Shown: positions 25,013 to 36,603 of the stretch, piece after piece | Position numbering within the stretch: the stretch's first letter is position 1 | How the letters are laid out: each line of letters opens with the position of its first letter | NCBI GenBank assembly: GCA_037379345.1 | Contig: CM074522.1 | Location: 17,484,001-17,548,000, forward strand | Reading direction: 5' to 3' | DNA: 64,000 bases | DNA from: Perna viridis | Lineage: Eukaryota | Program-made: the position numbers and the translations under genes | Notes under the pieces: model-generated | Databases searched by the model: none | The model's input: the letters and a program-made list of their open reading frames with translations, nothing else | Told to the model about the DNA's origin: nothing

Positions 25013-25914
25013 GGTACCGTATGTTAAACACCCTACTCACGCCCTGTCGGATAAATTATCCGAACTTGGTCCGTGTCTTACTAAGGCCTATGACATCGTA
25101 ACCGTTTCTAATAATAAGTAATAGGAAAACAATGTAGCTATTTATAGATTAAAATATATCTTGAAAATCAATAGAAATAATTGTAATAGATTTTCAACTT
25201 AAAAAAAGGGGGGCCGGACCAAAATGTCCCCCAAAATCCCTAGGAATTTACAAACTTTTCCGGCGTAAGGGGGAACCCCCTTGGATCCGCCAATGAATTG
25301 CAAGATTAGTTTAATCACATACTATTATCTTACATAAAAATAGTTACATTGGTTTGATTTCTGGGGGTACCAACCCCTATTTTAGTACGCTGGATTCATT
25401 CGGGTTTTCGTACGCATGGTGCAGCGTACCGTACGCCACGCCGTAAAAACTGGGATCAAATCGTACGCTCATATTCCTCATTTCCATTCTTTTTATTTTG
25501 TTGTTTCATGAATTCTATTTTTATATATATTTAAAATGTTTTTCATGGAAACAAAGCCTTGATTCATTACTTAATCCTTTTTATATTATTTTCTCTTTGA
25601 TATACTTCCTATTTTTATTCCTTAATATTATCAAATAAAACTCAATATACATTGTAATGATGGCCAACAGGCTTTTTTGCTGACTATTTTGCAATAACTA
25701 TTTTTTTTATCTGCAGATATGGACAGAAAAAAATATCGACCAATTTATTAGATCTTCACATAAATAATTCAATTATTTCGGTTTCCCTAATGACATTGCA
25801 CAACATCATGCTCAATCAATACAGTTTATGAAGTTGCTATACGAAATCCGTTAGTAAGTTTTTCGACTGATACAATTTTTGTATTAGATGACATGATGAT
25901 TTTGTTACCCGTAT

Positions 25915-26340
25915 TTGTGTCATGAGCTTGCTTTCAGTAACTGTAAGCACTCTTGGTTTGTACCTTATTTGTTTGTCTTTCTTGTTACTTTCAATTGTTG
26001 TTCAGTTAATTTTCCTACGGATTAGTTTTGTCTTTGACCATACTTACTTAAGGGGAGGGTTTAACCCCACCTTATTTTGCGCCTGCCCCAAGCCAGGAAT
26101 TATGGTCACAGACATGTAATTGTCACCTTTTTATTCTTTATTTGATACACCTTATCCGATGATTAGATGTAGTATTGTGCCCACTGATATATCCACTTGG
26201 TTATTTTGTCGGGCAATTGGTGTCGGTGTCCCACTATGTTGAAGAACTTGTAGTACCCCTAGATGTATGTTTTTGGTTGGTTTATTTCGGAGATGGAATG
26301 TTGTCTCCTTGACATAATCCATATGTGTTCCTTTTTTCAT
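25915..26340 (+). repeat. Dispersed-repeat remnant carrying a second twister-like motif
   Basis: ggggagggtttaaccccacc...gcctgccccaagccagg (26052-26097) is homologous to 27066-27140. Boundaries are approximate. Confidence 0.45.
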
Positions 26341-26667
26341 ATCATAATAAGATTTTCAGACATTTTTAAACATTATTTAGTTGAGTTCATCCACATCATA
26401 TCCCTTTAAACATGTTGTGTACACTCATACGATCCATTCATGAACTTCTCTGTTTAGAATTTTTAATTTTGTGTGGCTATGATTGAAGCATGAAGTTAGC
26501 ATTCAGTGTTGAATGATTTATAATCCGTAATTCATTTATATTATGTTGAAAAAGAATGGATCTGGTAAAATGCAACATTTGCATATGGTTACTAACAAGC
26601 ATGTGAATTAAAAAAGAGCTTCCCCTTGTGCGCCATGATACAACCACAGTGATCAACATTAAAACAT

Positions 26668-27165
26668 GAGGACTTCAGTTTTTAAATTATAAATTTTCCC
26701 CATCTCAGCAGTAATATACCAATTTCACCTGCTTATGGGGTATACAGTTCTCAACTGCTATGGTATGCAAAAGCTTGTAGCAGCTACCCGGAATTCGTGA
26801 AACATCACCAATGTCTGAGCCAAAATTTGACTAGCTAACGTTTTCATGAAAAAAAAATGTTTCATTCTTCTTCTAAAAAAAATCATTGGTAGATACCAAG
26901 ACCTTATAGATATATAATCAGTTACAGTTTCACAAATCATACAAGATTTGCCTGGAATGACTGATTTTGGTGTCTATTTTATTACTGTTTTTTCCTGACC
27001 TGTTATTTTTTATTGATTTTGCTCCCTCTTCTTGTGAAGGTATAGACCATAGACAACTGACATAGAAGTGAAAGGGTTGATGCATCATAAAATCAGGTTT
27101 ATCCACCATTTTCTATGAAAAATGCCTGTGCCAAGTCAGGAATATGACAGTTGTCTTCCAGTTTT
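26668..27165 (+). mobile_element. PLE family B fragment: degenerate RT C-terminus plus a distinct 3' UTR with a twister-like motif
   Basis: Translates EDFSF*IINFPHLSSNIPISPAYGVYSSQLLWYAKACSSY...KKIIGRYQDLI, homologous to the family A RT end. The UTR is unrelated to that of family A. Confidence 0.75.
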
Positions 27166-27892
27166 TCTTCTGATTTGTTATGGTGGAGCTTTTTTTCGGC
27201 TTTGTTTGTTTTCGTACATTTTCCCTCTTGCATACACCTTGAGTACATTACTCTTGTTAGGGAATTTATTGGGGACCAATTTGGACTTTTAATTCATGTT
27301 TGACACATGCTCAAAATGGTGGATTTACTTAGCACTTTTGACACACAACGTATTAGATAATCTATAGTTAATATAAAAAGATATGGAAGTCAAGAAAATC
27401 TTTACTATCTCATTTATTTCATTAATTAATACATATATCCACATAGAAGAGAAATGAATACTTCAATAATCATAGAAATCCTTCTATCCATAATAATACA
27501 TAAACTTCAGCATCAAGGATTAACAAATACTGCAATAATTCCAGTCTTTTAAAGGCACAGAAAAATGTATTCTTTGCTTAAAATTATCATAAAATTTATA
27601 TTGTTATAGAGTATATATCTACACTTTTTTAATTACAGATAAGCAGTGTTGAGGAGGATGATGTCAAGATAGGATCAGAACAGTCCTACATTTTATTTTA
27701 TAAAACATTGTAAATAGTTATTATTATACGAAGTTGCTGAGGGTATATAGGTTTTTACCCATCCATCCATCAGTGTGTCATAGCATGTTGTTGCCTGGAT
27801 ATTGCTTTCAATTCATGTCATATTTCCTTGAAACTTTGGCAAGTAGTTTGTGATAGGAAAAGCTTGGATAGGATTGTTTTTTTTGTTTTTTT

Positions 27893-28899
27893 TTTGTATC
27901 ATAAGAATAGGATTAGGGTGTTACTATGGTGTGACTAGGGTGCTAGAGTAAAGAGGAGGTCTTACATGTATAATGAAGCTATAATTCATGATTATTTTAT
28001 TGTTGTAGTGTAGATATGTACTCCTTTGTATCATACAAGTAGGACTAGGGTGTTACTATGGTGTGACTAGGGTGCTAGAGTAAATGGGAGGTCTTATATG
28101 TATAATGAAGCTATAATTCATGATTATTGTATTGTCGTAGTGTAGATATGTAATCCTTTGTATCATACAAGTAGGACTAGGGTGTTACTATGGTGTGACT
28201 AGGGTGCTAGAGTGAATGGGAGGTCTTATATGTATAATGAAGCTATTATTCATGATTATTTTATTGTTGTAGTGTAGATATGTAATTCTTTGTATCATAC
28301 AAGTAGGACTAGGGTGTTACTCTGGTGTGAGTAGGGTGCTAGAGTAAAGAGGAGGTCTTACATATTTATTGAAGCTATAATTCATGATTATTTTATTGTT
28401 GTAGTGTAGATATGTACTCCTTTGTATCATACAAGTAGGACTAGGGTGTTACTATGGTGTGACTAGGGTGCTAGAGTAAATGGGAGGTCTTACATGTATA
28501 ATGAAGCTATAATTCATGATTATTTTATTGTTGTAGTGTAGATATGTAATCCTTTGTATCATACAAGTAGGACTAGGGTGTTACTATGGTGTGACTAGGG
28601 TGCTAGAGTAAAGAGGAGGTCTTACATGTATAATTAAGCCATAATTACTGATTATTTTATTGTTGTAGTGTAGATATGTACTCCTTTGTATCATATAAGT
28701 AGGACTAGGGTGTTACTATGGTGTGACTAGGGTGCTAGAGTAAATGGGAGGTCTTATATGTATAATGAAGGTATAATTCATGATTATTTTATTGTTATAG
28801 TGTAGATATGTAATCCTTTGTATCATACAAGTAGGACTAGGGTGTTACTATGATGTGAATAAAGTATTTGAGTAAAGAAGAGGTCTTACATGCATAATA
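27893..28899. repeat. 132-bp tandem satellite, about 7.6 copies
   Basis: The anchor tttgtatcat recurs at 27893, 28025, 28157, 28289, 28421, 28553, 28685 and 28817, exactly 132 bp apart. Each unit has two gactagggtg subrepeats. Confidence 0.95.
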
Positions 28900-28996
28900 C
28901 CTCTTTGGACCAAAGAAATAAAACTAGGATGTCTTTATGGTAATGAATGGCGTGCCTTTGGTTTTAGATAATATTTGCTTACATACATACTTTTAC

Positions 28997-30641
28997 CTGA
29001 AAAGTTGGGAACTTCACAATATGCCACACTCTTATCTGTACAGGATAGGACAATTTCTTGGAGCTTTGCACCTCCTTACTGTGTTTTCGAAAGTCATGAT
29101 CATTCTTCAAAATATAATTGAAATTAATCTAATTAAAAATAAGAGGCTGTCTATACACAGTGAAGCGAATTTTTTGGATTTTGTAACAAATATGGTCACT
29201 GCTTTGAAACAACAAAAGCTGTAGATGTGAAATTTTTTGTAGTTTATGGTGTATTAATGCATGTACATTGCACATCTTTTAACATGAAGAGCTATCACAT
29301 GTCACCAAACTTTTATTTTTTTCCCTAGGAAAATTGTAGAAGATTATGTAAGATATTAATTTGATTGCATTATCTTTAGCTATATACATGTATGAAAATA
29401 GAAAAAAATAAGATGTTCATAATGACTGTAGTCACCATTTTGAATTAAACAATATGAAGGTCAAAATGTTTCTATTCAATCACGGTTATTTCTGAATTAC
29501 TATGTAAATAATGACAATAGTAAATATACAATTTTACATGTCTAACGATGATATATGTATGACACATTTTTTTCAATCATTTCTTTGTATAACACATTGA
29601 ATCAATTGTTTTCTCACTTATTAATTGAATATTCTAACTCAATATTTCTACCTTACTGGTAAGAATGAATACACATATGCATTACAATAATACATATAAT
29701 GTATTTTAGAAAGTATTTCTAACTACTGTTGTCGACTTCTTCTGCTTGTACTTGTCAATGGCTCATTGATTTCGTTGTTTTCCCTGGTGGCAATCCCGTT
29801 TCTTTTTTCCAAGTATAATAAAGGGAATGTGATCAAATGGTATTGCTGGTTTGGCATTGTTCTGGCAGTCAACCCATCGCACCTCGAAATGAGATATCTT
29901 TTGTAAATCTAAAAGATAAAAATGAATATAAATGTGAGGGCAAGATATGACATTGTTTCTGCTATGACAACTTCATTTTCACCTGTAACTTCATATTGTA
30001 CTATATCCTGACCTGATAATTTTGCATAGGTGTTCTTATTGTGTGTATTGACTAAATGAGAATTCCAGAAAGGAGAAAGAGCAATATGTGGCGAGAATAT
30101 TTCCAAAAAACATAAAGTCCCACATCAAAACTTATCAAACAATCACTTCTAGCTGTGATCAGATATGCCCTCCCTACTTACTTTCTGCGGCAGGTTATAA
30201 AAGTATAATTTTCCTGTTGCAGAATATTTAGAATTAATTGTGTTTCAAGTGATCCGACTGTTAGTGCCTACTTTGACATTTTTTAGTCCTTTTTGGACAT
30301 TGTATTGATATCTGAATGCGTCTCCTATACAAACCAATCAAAAACTTTTGGAAAGTTTTGCCTACTTATTGACCATAATTTTAGCGCATGCTAGCAAAAC
30401 AGGTTTAATCAACCTTGCCCTAACTGTCTTTAGAGCCTATGGAATTGTGTAATGAGATCATAACAAAGCATCATGTCATGTTCAGTTTGATATTCCATGA
30501 AAAAACATACCTAAATGGTCTTCTTTTCCATACAGGTTTTCCTGTTTGAATACACTAAACTTTGAATTAGTAGTGTATTCAAAGTCAGCTACTGTATCTA
30601 GCACAGCCTTTGAGGATGTCACAAAACCTCCATTCTTATTC
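28997..30641 (-). pseudogene. CaRF/ALS2CR8-domain-like spliced gene fragment with a premature stop
   Basis: Minus-strand exons 30641-30511 (NKNGGFVTSSKAVLDTVADFEYTTNSKFSVFKQENLYG...), 29908-29727 (DLQKISHFEVRW...IPFDHIPFIILGKKKRDCHQGKQRNQ*AIDKYK...) and 29104-28997 (NDHDFRKHSKEVQSSKKLSYPVQIRVWHIVKFPTFQ). Boundaries are AG/GT and phases join (1, 0). Motifs resemble CaRF PYDGIPF..ECQYG and KKxxCPARI..KFP. In-frame TGA at 29763-29765. Confidence 0.7.
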
Positions 30642-33145
30642 CTGTGGAAAACAAAGGGAAAATAGAAGAAAAAAACATTGCAGTCAAAAGCCTTTTGTAA
30701 TGATGAATTTTTAAATATTTGCTTAATAATCCAGGATTTGTATGACGGTCACATGACGGTACAAATGTTTATGTCTTTTAATATGTACATGTTTAATCTA
30801 CAATTATTATATATTGTATATCATTTGTATAATCTGCATATTCTTAAGTAGTATTGTGTGAGTGTATAATTGTGTGTTGAGGGCCTCAAGGGAGACTAGT
30901 TTTTCTGATTAACTGAGTTTACCCTCATTAAATAAAGACAATTATTATCATTATTACAGGTGGGACATGGTAAAAATTATCCTGTCATTTGTCTGTCATA
31001 TTAGAATTGGTCTTTATACCACCAAACACATAAAAATGCATAAAGCAGACACAAAATTGTGAAATTTGACCTAACGTAAATTAGTTTCTCTTAATATAAT
31101 TATCTTCAGTTTGAAAAAAAATTACAATTGCACAATGCTGACTTTTTATTTAAAATAATTCTAAAGATACGATGAAATGTCACTAATTTGATAATTTTAA
31201 GGACAGGTGTAGTAAACAAAAAAAGGAAAGAAAAAAAAACAATGGTATGTATGAAATTTCTGTACTGTCCATTATGAGGCTAAACAAATACCTGTGTTTC
31301 CCCTAACCCAACTGACCAGACCCTAATTTTTAGTGCCTGTCCTAAAGATTTTTCTGTCATTTTTAATCAAACACTATTAAAGTCAGGCTGAATCTAGTAG
31401 AAACCAGTCAAATGTTAACAAAAAAAATTATTGTGACTATACATGCCTACCACCCTAATTTTTTTCATCATGTTAGTGGAGACACAGGTATCAGGGGCGG
31501 ATCCAGAAAATTTTCAAGGAGGAGTCACCGTGATCATGATGATGATAATGGCGATGGTGATGATGACGACAACACCTACCATAATGATGCAAGTTTTTTG
31601 TTATTTCCTCTTTTGCGTTCTTGTGTGAGTAGGCTTTCATACAGTATAAAAGGAAGACAAGCACAAGTTTTTTCTACTGGAGAGGGAATTTGGTATTTGT
31701 CAAATGCACATGTGTCTCTCTTCATTATGTGCCATAAGCGAACTAAACATATAGCAAACTGTTTTGCTTCATTTGTTGTTTTCAGATAAGCTGTTCTATT
31801 GCAGATTTGCCATAAAATTTGTTTTCCGAAGAAAAGGGGAGGGATATATTCTTTAATCCTCAACTACTCCTGTTATGCAGACGAAACTTGTTTTCTTTGG
31901 AAGACTAACACATATTTTACTTATTATCCAATCCTTATTTTAAATTGATACTGAAAAAGCAGAAAACAGTATAACAATGATGACTGATAGCTGTTCACTA
32001 ACCTATATACAACACGTGAAATGCACATAAACCTCCACGCTTGTCACAGTGTACACTACTACATGTATATAATCAGATTTTTTTGTGAAGGAAGGAATCT
32101 AAGTAAACGATTTTAATCTTGATTGCTCATTAGAAAGGAAGCACCATGTTTTTTCGTGCCTGGTGCAAGTAAAAATATGAAAAAGCTATTTTTTCCCGAA
32201 AATTATGAAAAGGTCCAAAGACACAGATTTAGCATAGAAATTAAAAATCTCAATAAAATATGAATATTATTACAGTTTACAAAATTTATTCTGCAGCTAT
32301 TGGATAAAGTTATGTATTTTCCCCAAAAATAAAATGAATTTAAAAAATTGATTGAAAGTGTTCAAATAGATTATAAGGTTAAAAATTGGTCTAATTAAGG
32401 ACGTGTCTATGGTCTAATTAACAAATCGTCATAATTGCAAGTTGATGGTATAAACACGGATGGCTAATTCATCTGAGACGAATTCAGTGTATTATCTATA
32501 AACAAAGTCATCAAACTTATTGAAAGGGTTATTTTTAACTAAGGTGACACTATACTTGTTAACCTTCGGGGGGGGAGGGTCACGTGCACAGTGACACCCC
32601 CTCCCTTCTGGCTATGCTACTGGGTATTTTTTTGGCCCGATGGTCAAAACGTTTATATTTTGAACACAGGTCCAAGGAATATAACTTAAGAAGCCAGTGA
32701 TTTTTGAAGGGCACCTCATAGTATCTAAGTACACTTCGTATTAGCTGCGAAATCGTAGCTCTTGATTTTTTTTTTTTGATTTTGCGACCTAACGTTAAGA
32801 AAATACAAAAAAAATAGTTAGAGCTACGTTTCGTAGCTAACTTCGTATAATATCGTATACGATAGCGTAAATTAAGGGTACACTCTGTTGCGTGTGTCTT
32901 CTCTTTATTCTTCACCGTACCACTCATCCATTTCAAAATTGTCAGATCAATGCTTTGCACTCAACTAAATATTTAATGATGTTAATGACAAACACTTTAT
33001 TATTTTTCTATTTATAAACTCCCGCTATCCTATTCGGAATATTGGCCGAGAGGATTCGATGAAAAGGAGCTATTAATGGGCGGACCAAGTTCGGCACAAT
33101 TATCCGGAAGGGCGTGAGTAGGGTGTTAAGCATGGCGTACCAATT

Positions 33146-33252
33146 GGTACAGGGAAGATAACGTAAGCTTATAGAAAGGTCTATTCCCACCGCGGGACTC
33201 GAACTCGTACCGCTGTGACATATATGGCAACACCGCCTGCACTAAGTCCAGC
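33146..33252 (-). mobile_element. SINE family S, internally deleted copy
   Basis: Shares the tRNA-like head with 49271-49367 and the body with 46215-46250. Confidence 0.7.
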
Positions 33253-33636
33253 TTGTCATATCAATAGCTTGTGGTTGAACACTGATACCCTCAGACAGTA
33301 GCAAATTCATTAAAGTCATTAAAAGCACACTACACTACATAAGTTCATAGCTGTCTCGTGAAATTCTAGACCCTCCTTTCCAGTCTACAAAAGAGGCTAG
33401 TAGATTGCTAGACAGTTCACTTTAAATGGACGGTCTACATTGTTTCCAGTAAATAATCTTGTTTTTCACTGCGGGATTTTAGTAGTTGGATCTAGTGGTA
33501 CGAACCAAGCAGAATGGTGAAGAAATGGACTCAGACAGTATCTGGTGCAGGCAGTGATGCTGAGTATGAGACAGCGACAGATTATTTTGCTACAGGACCC
33601 GATGAAACTTCAGAAGCTGAGGCTTCAGGTATAAAA

Positions 33637-33791
33637 GAGTCCGAGTTGCTCATTTGCTTTTGTAACTCTGTATGTATTATTTAAGTTACTTAATGTTCTT
33701 TGTTGTGTATGTCTGTTTTCCATGTTTGGTCTTTGTACTTGGATTACATTCCCTTGATTTCCACTAGAACCTTGGTTCCCTTGATTACTCT
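33637..33791 (+). mobile_element. PLE family A short 3' fragment
   Basis: gagtccgagttgctcatttgc...cccttgattactct, with the same 3' end as the other copies. Confidence 0.8.
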
Positions 33792-35933
33792 ATACAATGT
33801 TTATGTGTGACATATGGCCCACTGCAGTAATGTCAATAATTGTGTATTCTATTTTTGGTCTCAGGTTAACTGTGTAGTTTATCAATATAACGTTGGCATG
33901 GTAGATTTTAGACGACTTTGTACTCAAGTGACATTTTGAAGTGCTATCATCTTCCATCTCGGTAAGCTGCCTTCAATTAACTGTCGGTAAAATATTTATT
34001 ATATAAACTTGTTTAAAGAAAGATAAAAAATTGTTTAGTGGTCCGTTCAATGCATTTAATCGACACAATCGACTCTTGATGAATGTAAAGGCATACTTAT
34101 AAAACGAAAGTGGAATGAAACATAAACAGTCATACCTGTTAGAAATCTAGCGCGGTACAAAAAGTCTGAATAGTTACGGCAAGCTCTAGTTTTGTTTGAA
34201 AACGCACATTATACTGCATATTATGTCATAACACTTTGACACATTAATTGTTATAAAGTTGATTAAGCAAAGTTGACTTTTGAGGCTGAAACCGATACAA
34301 ATCGAAGAAACGTCTTACAAATAAAAACGAACATATCAAGATTTTTTGTCAATAACTTAATAAATTTTGATTTTATAGCTTATTGTTGATGCATTTTTCT
34401 TGTCATGTAATCATAGATTAATATGGAATCAGAAGATCAAAAGGACGAAAACACGACCAAAACCATACCAGGTTCGAGTTTCGAGTAAGTCATCAGCCAA
34501 GACGGAAGAAAAGATACTTAAACCATCTCATCTAATTTGCGATAATTTCGAGAGTAGACAATTGGCGAACAAAGCACCAATTGTGTCTTATTCTCTAATG
34601 AAAAAGTATTCAATATAGAGAAAATAAATTGTAATGGAATCGATTTGATTTCCTGAACCACAAAAATAAGTATCTGCAAAAAATCGGTTCGCAATATACT
34701 TCAATGTTATTGAATATAGAACTATCAATTGTTCCATTTAGTCACTAGATGCAGTGATTAAATGGGACAATTGCTATGTCCATTTTATAGTGTTGACATG
34801 GAAAAAGGCTTAGAGGTCTAGGAAGAATGAGTTTCAAAAAGTTTCTTTTTTTAAATGAGGAGGTTTTACAGAGGAATCTGTTTTTCAGGACGTGTATCGG
34901 AAATGATATGGCGACATAAATTGTTATATTATTTATTTAAAGCCATATCTTGTTTTCAACATCTGCGATCGTTTTATAGCAATCTCCTCTGCAGACCTAT
35001 TACTGACTTCTGATTTATGCTAGGATTGAATGATGTAAAGTTTTCGAAATATCGAGTATACTCTTTGCACAGGAAATTGGATACATAGATAATTTGTATC
35101 ACTTAATAATCCTTTATTTGGTTACCATCTACAAAGGGGCTAAACATTAAATATATTGCAGACCAATTAAATCTGCTGTTTATCACGACCTATTAAATAT
35201 TGACACTGCCAAATGATGTAAACTTTCCATCAAAGTTAATGACAAAATTTATGACTTAAATCTCTTAGCTGTTACCTATCTGTACCTTGATAGTGATATT
35301 ACTGCTGCCCAAGCGTGTGTATGTTCCCAGCGAAAACTCAACAGATGACACATAAACTATTAAGAGTGGAATATGTAGATCCAAGTCGTTATTTTTTTAT
35401 TATACGGCCGTTTTCATGATCTGAATGGCAGATATTAATGGACCGTATGCAATATGATTAACGACCTTCCAAAATCGCAAAATGACCTTGGATTACACTT
35501 AAAGCGGCTATTCATACATTTCCGAAGTAAAAAAGTATAACTTATGTGATGTCTTAACTTGTAATTGATGATAGCCTCCAATTTCTGATATCATTTTTAG
35601 TGTATATTATCTCTGTCTTTTAGTCCCGTTGGAGAATGCGGACCTCTGCTCTTCCAGAAAACAAATATTTTTTAGATACAAGAGCTTCCTGTTGTAATCT
35701 GTCATTCACGGTTGTAGTCCTTTAATTATATTGTTGAATAGTTAAATTGATTTACTCCAAACTTTTACCCGTCTGAAATAGCATTCACAATAGAACTTGT
35801 AGACACATACATGTACATTGTATGTCTTTAGCAGCGATTTGACATTTCACAAAACAAACTGGGAGCAAGATAGCAAAAACCATCAATTGGTTACACATAT
35901 AGTTACTACCTACCTGAACAAAAACTTAATCTG

Positions 35934-36062
35934 CAGCCCTTTTCACAAAAAATTCGCAAGTGTAAAATTACTCGTAAGTTATGATGTCATAATAGAGTTA
36001 AGTATTGTGACGTCACAACTTACGACTAATTTTACTCTTACGATTTTTTGTGAAAAGGGCTG
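35934..36062. mobile_element. Palindromic MITE, PIF/Harbinger-like
   Basis: CAGCCCTTTTCACAAAAAAT...ATTTTTTGTGAAAAGGGCTG. Almost the whole element is an inverted repeat, flanked by CTG on both sides (putative 3-bp target-site duplication). Confidence 0.75.
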
Positions 36063-36603
36063 CTGGTTTAAAATCGTACATTTCTACTAAATACTTGTAC
36101 TGTTCATAGACGAAACGTGTCATCTGGTTATTGCTAGCAGGAAAGCATAGATTTTTGTCATAGATATCCTTCCAATATATATATTTGAATAATTGATATT
36201 AGAACAGTCCAAAAATATATAGACCTTTATTTATTAAAAAGAAACAGAATACCCGTTTAATTTTTGGTTATATCATCACAAATCATATACACCGAGATGC
36301 GTCACTCTACCGTATACAGTCAAATATATTTGTAATTACGTAGCAAGTGAATTTAAATGATTTCTCGTCACCTTGACTTCTTAAAACTTTCTGAAGTCTT
36401 TGCTTTACAGCGATTAAACGACTACGAACTTAGTAGTCAGTAAAAATTTGCATAACAAAATACATGTAAAACGGTTCGTAAAGTTAAAGACGGTACTTTT
36501 TACATTCGTGATAGAACTAGTATATATTGAATATTATTACTTAGCCTTTATTAAAACAAATGGCAGTATCATAAAAGAATGAAGTTTTTCTTGTTTTTTG
36601 TAG

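Noticed and set aside
27893-28899. Interstitial telomeric array
   Set aside because: Only isolated (c/t)taggg motifs within the 132-bp units; no tandem TTAGGG.
29763-29765. Selenocysteine reading of the in-frame TGA in the CaRF-like exon
   Set aside because: Not at a recognisable Cys position, no SECIS identified, and the gene shows other signs of decay.
31412-31789. 125-aa ORF with an Asp/His-rich tract
   Set aside because: Made of a MITE end plus a (GAT)n-like microsatellite.
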